Positions 58,401-64,000 of a DNA stretch of 64,000 nucleotides are shown one piece after another. Each line of letters begins with the position of its first letter. Position 1 is the first letter of the stretch. The position numbers and the translations under genes are program-made. Source of the stretch: an uncultured Acidobacteriota bacterium (GTDB lineage Bacteria; Acidobacteriota; Thermoanaerobaculia; Multivoradales; JAHEKO01); assembly GCA_963713825.1 (NCBI GenBank), contig CAVQNG010000003.1:1664001-1728000 (forward strand), given 5' to 3'. Below the pieces are notes generated by a model. The model was not told the DNA's origin, ran no database searches, and was given only the letters and a program-made list of their open reading frames with translations.

Positions 58401-58759
58401 TCAACGGCTATGCCGCCTCCGGTGGTGACGCCCTGCCGTACTACTTCCGGAAGCGCGGGCTGGGCCAGATCATCGGCACCACGACCTGGGGCGGCCTGAT
58501 CGGTCTGTCGGGCAATCCGATGCTGGTCGATGGTGGCGGCGTGCTCTATCCGACCTTCCGGCTCTTCGACACCGAAGGCCAGTGGGCGGTGGAGAACGAG
58601 GGTGTGGCGCCGGACATCGAGGTCTGGGATCTTTCCGAGGCCATCGCCCAGGGTGGCGACCCGTCGATCGAGAAGGCGGTGGAGGTGCTGCTCCAGGAGC
58701 TCGAGAGCTACAGCGGCGACCCGGAAAGCCCGACTCCGCCTGACATGGGCGGAGACTGA
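55466..58759 (+). CDS. Tricorn-like S41 peptidase
   Basis: Signal peptide; LLRYP, PD40 repeats, GELEAGH, PDZ, RYNGGG, AASGGD, TWGGLIG. Confidence 0.93.
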   Translation: MTHSCPSSFSFTCWIRRITLGLALVALLPLSAVAADGEARLLRYPSIHEDFVVFVYGGDLWRVPVEGGRAFRLTSHEGTELTPKISPDGEWVAFSGEYSGSRQVYVMPSDGGTPKQLTFYNDVGSMPPRGGFDYWVQGWCPDGKILVRMNRTPWGQRPGLYYLVDPAGGLEERLPIQVGGSASCSPDGTSLAFTYFDREFRTWKRHMGGRNQDIWTFDLDAMASERLTDWAGSDNFPMWHGDTIFFTSDREHTLNIFAYDKATGATRKITDFDEYDVLWPSLGPDAIVFMNGGWLYRLDLATEQVEKIPVTITSGLPSTLPRWEDVSDNIDVSDVSPGGSRAIFEARGDLYTVPAKDGATRNLTDTQGVRESAPRWSPDGRWIAYYSDVTGEMELYVREQDGSADPRQLTQGGSEWRFPAEWSPDSKKLAYSDSDRNLNVIDVASGAVTVADTDSQGFIDTYRWSPDSKWLAFEKGHPETTLPGLAIYSLASGEVQMLGDGLTVDFAPAWGSGGKYLFFLSNRDYNLNFSDFEFNYVYDNSTRVFAVALVPEADALFPLKSDEVEVDSDDEESAGNGDGNGDEDEKSAPEVAVALEGLTARTLAVPGVTAGNYGNLSAVEGALLYLKIPDDGPPALVRFDLEEREEKEVVTGVADYRLAARGEKVLYQSGGKWSIADAKPDSKGDELDLSDLRMRLDPRAEWAQMFHEDWRIGRDWFYDSEMHGIGWDQMKERYGALVPYISTRADLDFIFGEMVGELEAGHTYVQSGEDQGVDRVEGGMLGAELEADSSGRYRIAKIFAGENWDDGYRSPLTELGVDVSVGDYLLAIDGVELTTEQNPYQLLEGKGGKQVALTVNSEPSKAGSRTETVKTITSERNLRYLDWVMSRAALVNELSGGRIGYIHLPNTAGEGNRMLQKLFYSQSQKDGLIIDDRYNGGGFIPDRMIEMLSRTTLSFWTRRGVEANRTPGFAHDGPKVMLINGYAASGGDALPYYFRKRGLGQIIGTTTWGGLIGLSGNPMLVDGGGVLYPTFRLFDTEGQWAVENEGVAPDIEVWDLSEAIAQGGDPSIEKAVEVLLQELESYSGDPESPTPPDMGGD

Positions 58760-58813
58760 ACAAGGTCCTGGGGCTTGGGACCTGGGTCCTGGGCATAGGA
58801 CCGTGATCTCGTA

Positions 58814-58976
58814 GAGGCCCGTCCGGGTGGTTCGCAGGCGGACGGCGGCGGCAACTCAGACTGCGGCGGGGGGCCGCGACCTCGTCGCGTCATCGCGCCC
58901 CGTCTCCTGTGTCCTATCAAGAACCTTGCGCCGCGCTCGACTCGGCGCCCCCTGTCGAACCACCCGAACGAACCTC
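58814..58976 (+). repeat. Palindromic element, family 1, copy E
   Basis: Matches copies A and C. Confidence 0.9.
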
Positions 58977-58985
58977 TGGCACCAA

Positions 58986-59032
58986 TAGGGGGATAGGGGC
59001 CTAGGGCAGTAGGGGCTTAGGGGCGTAGGGGG
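58986..59032 (+). repeat. G-rich degenerate octamer tandem repeat (TAGGGGCN)n
   Basis: Six TAGGG(G) units. Confidence 0.8.
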
Positions 59033-59165
59033 CGGCGAGTCAGCCGATTGAATCTTGATGTGTTTCGAAGGTGGTAGATCGGGCCATGGGTCTCCCTCGT
59101 CGGAGGGGCATGGTCGGGTGAGGCCGCAGACGAGGGAGATCCCTGGTTCGATCGGCCGTCTCATC

Positions 59166-59213
59166 CCCAAGCCCTCAAAGAACACCCGGCGGAGAGCCGG
59201 GTGCCTCAACCCT
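59166..59213 (+). repeat. REP-like hairpin, family 3 (single unit)
   Basis: CCCAAGCCCTCAAAG-CACCCGGC/GCCGGGTG-CCTCAACC. Confidence 0.7.
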
Positions 59214-59411
59214 CGAGGCTTCGGGTCATTTGACCGAAGCCGCTCAATGCTGGTACAACTTCCCTCAAGTACCTGTCCTAGGCAGATGCAGTTGGGCCCT
59301 CGATGAAGGGCTAGATGCGCCCTTTGGCCATCCATGGACGTCCCGTGGAAGGGGCAGGTTCTCAAACGATGGAAGAAGCTCGAAGACGAAATCTCTAGAG
59401 AGGAAGTACTG

Positions 59412-60827
59412 ATGCCGACAGTAAAGACCCTGAGTGGTGGTGAAGCGACGATCGACGACGCAATGATCCAGGCCCTGTCCGAGAGCCTTCATGGAGATGT
59501 CGTAACAGCGGCGAGTCCGAGTTACGACGAGGTCCGGGAGATCTGGAACGCCATGATCGACCGGCGCCCCGGGGTCATCGTGCGCTGTGCCAGCGCGGAA
59601 GATGTCGTGAAGGCTGTCAACCTTGCCCGTGAGAACGAATTGCTCGTCACTGTGCGCGGAGCTGGCCACAATATTGCCGGCAGCTCGATTGCCGATGGCG
59701 CCTTGATGATCGATTTGTCGGGCATGAAGGCGGTAGCGGTCGATGTAGCGAGCAAGACGGTGACGGCCCAGCCCGGAGTCACTCTCGGCGAGTTGGACGC
59801 CGCGACACAGGAGCATGGTCTGGCCGTCTCGGTCGGCATCAACTCGACGACTGGCGTGGCGGGGCTGACCCTGGGAGGAGGATTCGGCTGGCTGAGTCGG
59901 AAGTATGGGATGACAATCGACAATCTGATTTCTGCCGATGTCGTGACGGCCAGTGGCGATCTGGTCAAGGCGAGCGCGGACAGCAACCCCGATCTCTTCT
60001 GGGCCATCCGAGGGGGTGGTGGCAACTTCGGTGTCGTGACCTCGTTCGAGTATCAGGCGCAACTTGTCGGTCCCGAGATCCTGTCCGGTCTGATCGTTCA
60101 CCCAGGTAGCGAGGCCCGAGCCTGCTTCGAGTTCTATCGAGACTTCACGGCCCAGGCACCGGAAGAGCTCACCACATGGGTCGTCATGCGGAAAGCACCG
60201 CCACTACCGTTCCTTCCCGAGGAGGTTCACGGTACCGACGTCCTGATCTTTGCGGTGATGTACACCGGAGATATGGCATCGGGGGAGAAAGCAGTCCAGG
60301 CTCTGCGCGATTTCGGCAGTCCGATCGCCGACGTGATCGGCCCCCACCCATTCGCGGGTTGGCAGCAGGCGTTCGATCCACTGCTCACGCCTGGCCTCCG
60401 GAACTACTGGAAGTCGCACAACTTCAGCGGCCTGAGCGATGAGTTGATCGACGTCCTCGTGGCCGCCGCCAGTAACATGCCGTCGCCGCACTCGGAAGTC
60501 TTCATGGCGCAGCTCGGTGGTGCTCAGAGCCGGATCGATCCCACCGCGACCGCCTACTGGCCCCGAGACTCGGCATTCACCATGAACGTCCATACGCGGT
60601 GGGAAACTGCCGCTGAGGATGAGCAGTGCGTAGCATGGGCGCGGCAGCTCTTCAACGACACCGAACCCCACGCAACGGGCGGTGTCTACGTGAACTTCAT
60701 GCCGGAAGACGAAGCGGACCGCGTCGGCAAGGCCTATGGTGGCAACTACGACCGCCTGGCTTCGATCAAGAAGGAGTGGGACCCGACGAATCTGTTTCGG
60801 GTGAATCACAACATCAAGCCCGAGTAG
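59412..60827 (+). CDS. FAD-linked oxidase, VAO/berberine bridge enzyme family
   Basis: VRGAGHN, GLTLGGG, LFWAIRGGGGNFGVVT, YVNF, WDPTNLFR. Confidence 0.92.
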   Translation: MPTVKTLSGGEATIDDAMIQALSESLHGDVVTAASPSYDEVREIWNAMIDRRPGVIVRCASAEDVVKAVNLARENELLVTVRGAGHNIAGSSIADGALMIDLSGMKAVAVDVASKTVTAQPGVTLGELDAATQEHGLAVSVGINSTTGVAGLTLGGGFGWLSRKYGMTIDNLISADVVTASGDLVKASADSNPDLFWAIRGGGGNFGVVTSFEYQAQLVGPEILSGLIVHPGSEARACFEFYRDFTAQAPEELTTWVVMRKAPPLPFLPEEVHGTDVLIFAVMYTGDMASGEKAVQALRDFGSPIADVIGPHPFAGWQQAFDPLLTPGLRNYWKSHNFSGLSDELIDVLVAAASNMPSPHSEVFMAQLGGAQSRIDPTATAYWPRDSAFTMNVHTRWETAAEDEQCVAWARQLFNDTEPHATGGVYVNFMPEDEADRVGKAYGGNYDRLASIKKEWDPTNLFRVNHNIKPE

Positions 60828-60836
60828 GGGCTTTTT
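60816..60836 (+). terminator. Possible intrinsic terminator overlapping the stop codon
   Basis: AAGCCC-GAGTAG-GGGCTT followed by TTT. Confidence 0.45.
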
Positions 60837-60839
60837 GGG

Positions 60840-60935
60840 AGTGAGGCGAACGGACTCTGTCCGTTCGATCTTTGAGGGCTTGGGGATTGAGGCAGCCGAG
60901 CGTACCTTTCAGCCGGTCTTTGAGGCAGTGAGGTT
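60840..60935 (-). repeat. REP-like hairpin pair, family 3
   Basis: Reverse complement contains CCTCAAAG...AGGTACG...CCTCAATC and CCCAAGCCCTCAAAG. Confidence 0.72.
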
Positions 60936-61028
60936 GTAGCGGCCGGGCCTGTGCCGGCCGAATCCCAGAGGGAGCCACCGACTCGTGGCTCCCATACTAT
61001 TTGGTGGATCTACAGTGGAGATTCTCGA

Positions 61029-61586
61029 ATGCGACCAAGGATACTGAGTACCCTTACCCCTGCCTTGCTTCTGGGATTGGTGACCTTTCCGGCGGCAGCC
61101 GAGGAAGAGATGATGCAGTCGCCCCGGGTCGAGGTGGGCGAGGAGGCGCCACCTTTCACCCTTCCTACAACCGAGGGCCAGACCCTCAGCCCCGAGAGCT
61201 TGCGCGGGGACAAACCCCTGGTTCTGACGTTCTTTCGGGGAACGTGGTGACCGTTCTGTCGCCAGCAGCTCGGCGAGCTGCAAGCAGGTTTGGATGAAAT
61301 GCGACAACGGGGTGCCGAGCTCTGGGTGGTGAGCCCCGATGACGCGAAGAAGCTCAAAAAGTTCCGACAGCAGGAGGGGCTGGATTTCCCGGTTTTAGTC
61401 GACACGGACCTGGCGGTCAGCACCAGCTACGGCCTGATCAACGAAGCGAACCCCGTTGTGCCTCACCCGACCACCCTGATCATCGACAAGCAGGGCGTGA
61501 TTCGCTATCTGCGGGTGGACGTCGATTACAAAGTCCGTCCCTCCGTCGCAGAGCTGCTCGAAGCCCTCGATCAGCTGGGCCAGTGA
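61029..61586 (+). CDS. Exported AhpC/TSA peroxiredoxin-like selenoprotein (in-frame TGA at 61248-61250 read as Sec)
   Basis: FFRGTW-TGA-PFCRQQL gives UxxC; the frame continues into the 61290-61586 ORF (VSPD, FPVLVD, PHPTTLIIDKQG). Confidence 0.9.
61251..61281 (+). promoter_or_regulatory. Candidate bacterial SECIS element
   Basis: Perfect stem GCAGCTC-GGC-GAGCTGC; loop begins with G, 21 nt after the UGA. Confidence 0.75.
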
Positions 61587-61600
61587 AACGCAGGGGATTT

Positions 61601-61677
61601 GGGTCCGACGTGGGGCCCCCAGGAGGCTATCCTCCCTTCCGCTGCAAGAACCCCCTGGAGGTCCCCACGCCGAACCC
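61601..61677. repeat. Hairpin repeat, family 2
   Basis: Matches 36980 and 54981. Confidence 0.88.
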
Positions 61678-61782
61678 TCGGCAACTGGAGAGACCTCGGA
61701 CGCGGCTTTGCACCTCTGTGATCTTGGAGATCGCTCTCTAAGCCGTTACGCCCCTATGCCCCTACTGCCTCTAACGGCGCCA

Positions 61783-61863
61783 GGGGTTCGTTCGGGTGAT
61801 TCGACAGGGGGGCTATCCTCCCTTCCGCTGCAAGAACCCCCTGGAGGTCCCCACGACGAACCT
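61783..61863. repeat. Chimeric family 1 / family 2 repeat
   Basis: Family-1 arm GGTTCGTTCGGGTGATTCGACAGGGGG joined to family-2 core GGCTATCCTCCCTTCC...CCCCACGACGAACC. Confidence 0.85.
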
Positions 61864-61884
61864 CCAAGAGATCTTGGCGATCTG

Positions 61885-61980
61885 CCCAAGCCCTCAAAGA
61901 TCGGCTGGCGCAGGTGCCAGACGCTTCAACCCCCAAGCCCACAAGGATCGGCCGGAGGTACGACGGCCGCCTCAATCCTC
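61885..61980 (+). repeat. REP-like hairpin pair, family 3
   Basis: Two tandem CCCAAGCCC...TCAA units. Confidence 0.75.
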
Positions 61981-62040
61981 ATTGCCTTCCCGGGACTCTT
62001 GTCCCGGGAGGGCAGTGACCGCTATCCTGGGCCGACTCGA

Positions 62041-63456
62041 ATGACGCAGCCCGTTACCCTGCCCCTATGGCTTGTGGTCTTGCTGGTCGCCTTCGCGACT
62101 CTGGCGGCCTTGGACTATCTGATCAGGCCGAGCCTGCGATGGGTGGTTCGGCGACGGGTCCGGCGGGTGCTCGAGGATCTCGAGAGTCGCTTTCAGATCC
62201 GCGGGCGACCCTTCAAGCTGACGAAAAGACAGGTCCTGATTGACCGGCTCGTCTACGACCGGGAAGTGGCGGCCGCGGCCGAGCGGCACGCCCGGGAGAC
62301 GGAAATGTGTCCAGAGGAGACGCTGGATCGGGTCCAGCGATACGCCTCCGAGATCGTGCCGGCCTTCAATGCCTACTTCTATTTCAGACTTGGATACGGG
62401 ATCGCACGGTGGTTTGCGCGTTCGCTCTACCGGGTGCGCCTGGGGGTCTCCGATGGAGGAGCGCTGGCGGCCATCGACGAAAGCTCGACAGTGGTCTTCG
62501 TCATCAATCACCGTAGCAACATGGACTACGTCCTGGTCTCCTATCTGGCGGCGGAAAAGGCGGTTCTGAGCTACGCGGTGGGAGAGTGGGCGCGGATTTT
62601 TCCTCTCGAGTCCCTGATCCGATCCATGGGCGCCTACTTCGTGCGGCGTCGGTCGCGCAACGATCTCTATCGCAAGGTACTGCAGCGCTACGTGCAGATG
62701 GCCACGGCGGAAGGAGTGACCCAGGCCGTCTTTCCGGAGGGCGGCCTGAGTCGGGATGGAGGCCTCCAAGAGCCGAAGCTCGGTTTGTTGGACTACATGT
62801 TGCGGGAGTTCGATCCCGAAGGAGAGCGCGATCTGGCGTTCGTGCCGGTGGCTCTCAACTACGACCGGGTCCTGGAGGACCGAACTCTCCTGTTGGACCT
62901 CGATCCCGAGGCCAAGCGCAAGAAAGGCCTATCGGCGATGCAAACGACGGGGCGATTTGTCACTCGACAGCTGCAATTGATGACGCTGGCGAAATGGCAT
63001 CGCTTCGGCTACGCGTGCGTGAACTTCGGCAGCCCCGTCTTCGCCAAGGCCTATCTGGCAGAGCAAGGGGTGGATCTGCGAACTCTCGAAAAGGAAGAGC
63101 GCTTCGCGCGCGTTGGGGAGTTGGCAGACCACCTGATGGGCGAGGTTGGCCGGATCGTCCCCGTCACCCCCGTGGCGCTGGTGGCCACGGTCCTTTTGCA
63201 CGAGCCGGGACGGCGCATCAGCGACCTGGAGCTCAAAGCCGAGGTGCAGCGACGCATCGATCAATTCGAAGCCTCGGGACACCACGTCTATGTTCCGCGC
63301 CAGGACAGGGAATACGCTATCGATGTGGGGCTGCGCATGCTGGTGTTGCGGAAGGTGGTGGAGCGGGACGAAGAAGGCCTGCTGCGTGTGGAGCCTGACG
63401 AGCTCCCGCTGCTACGCTATTACGCGAACTCGATCGCCCATCTGGCAAGCGAGTGA
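62041..63456 (+). CDS. Glycerol-3-phosphate acyltransferase (PlsB-like)
   Basis: NHRSNMD (HxxxxD), GAYFVRR, FPEGGLSRDG, VPVALNYDRVLED. Confidence 0.88.
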   Translation: MTQPVTLPLWLVVLLVAFATLAALDYLIRPSLRWVVRRRVRRVLEDLESRFQIRGRPFKLTKRQVLIDRLVYDREVAAAAERHARETEMCPEETLDRVQRYASEIVPAFNAYFYFRLGYGIARWFARSLYRVRLGVSDGGALAAIDESSTVVFVINHRSNMDYVLVSYLAAEKAVLSYAVGEWARIFPLESLIRSMGAYFVRRRSRNDLYRKVLQRYVQMATAEGVTQAVFPEGGLSRDGGLQEPKLGLLDYMLREFDPEGERDLAFVPVALNYDRVLEDRTLLLDLDPEAKRKKGLSAMQTTGRFVTRQLQLMTLAKWHRFGYACVNFGSPVFAKAYLAEQGVDLRTLEKEERFARVGELADHLMGEVGRIVPVTPVALVATVLLHEPGRRISDLELKAEVQRRIDQFEASGHHVYVPRQDREYAIDVGLRMLVLRKVVERDEEGLLRVEPDELPLLRYYANSIAHLASE

Positions 63457-63589
63457 GCTCGGTGTCCAACCCACCCGTTGGGGTGTTGCACCACCGAGGC
63501 TCAAGCTGTAGATGATGGGTTAGCAACCAAGTTCTGGGGCTGCTGGCTCTTGCCGGGCCGGTAAGCTGCCTGCCATTGGGGGAACCACC

Positions 63590-64000
63590 ATGGACTATCC
63601 ATCGCTGTACCAGATGTTCCAGGAAGTCAGCACCATCAACGGATCGAAGCTAGCGTTCAAGCACAAACGGAAAGGCAATTGGTTCGATGTCACCTGGACC
63701 GAAGCCAAGGAGACGGTGCAAAGAGTCTCGAAGAGCCTGATCGCTCTGAAGATCGAGAAGGCAAGCAAGGCGAGCATCCTGTCGCAGACGCGGCTGGAGT
63801 GGGTCCTGTGTGACTTCGGCATCGTCAGCTGCGGTGTCGTGACCGTCGGGATCTACCATTCGAACCTGCCCGAGGGCTGCGCCTACATCCTCGATCACAG
63901 CGATTCGGAGATCGTCTTCGTGGAAGATGCCGAGCAACTCGCCAAGGTCCTGGAGGTTCGAGAGCGGCTGCCCAACTTGCGGCACATCGTCATCTACGAA
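63590..64000 (+). CDS. Long-chain fatty acid-CoA ligase, truncated at the window end
   Basis: Not in the ORF track because it has no stop codon in the window. My translation: MDYPSLYQMF...ILSQTRLEWVLCDFGI...GIYHSN...YILDHSDSEIVFVED. Confidence 0.85.
   Translation, partial: MDYPSLYQMFQEVSTINGSKLAFKHKRKGNWFDVTWTEAKETVQRVSKSLIALKIEKASKASILSQTRLEWVLCDFGIVSCGVVTVGIYHSNLPEGCAYILDHSDSEIVFVEDAEQLAKVLEVRERLPNLRHIVIYE

Noticed and set aside
60951-61586. Two separate genes, or a nonsense-mutated pseudogene
   Set aside because: The TGA coincides with the catalytic Cys position and is followed by a SECIS-like hairpin, favouring Sec recoding

Overview
A GC-rich bacterial chromosomal window. It is probably Acidobacteriota (inference from an ADOP-type duplicated ABC permease, TPR-bearing Ser/Thr kinases and the F-x-D-x-F-E-S-G-D-x-x-A-W-S motif on secreted proteins). 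It holds about 43 genes and no rRNA, tRNA, CRISPR array or transposase that I can recognise. Content: a CooC/DUF134/NifX/PLP-lyase cluster, several peptidases (M23, M48, M3, S9, S41), a 1900-aa surface protein with NPVPR repeats, two membrane Ser/Thr kinases, an octaheme cytochrome c, a B12-radical SAM enzyme and lipid enzymes. Four things stand out. (1) An operon encoding an FAD enzyme, a stand-alone cNMP-binding protein, an FHA-fused class III cyclase with a guanylate-cyclase-like Glu, an SDR and a globin, which is a candidate cGMP/redox signalling module. (2) A UGA-recoded, exported UxxC peroxiredoxin-like selenoprotein with a SECIS-like hairpin, split into two ORFs by the ORF track. (3) A modular intergenic repeat system: five 163-bp palindromic elements with covarying, strand-biased G-U pairing, several other hairpin families, short tandem repeats and one chimera. 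(4) A shared putative sorting motif at opposite ends of two unrelated secreted proteins. All product calls come from motifs read by eye; no database searches were run.
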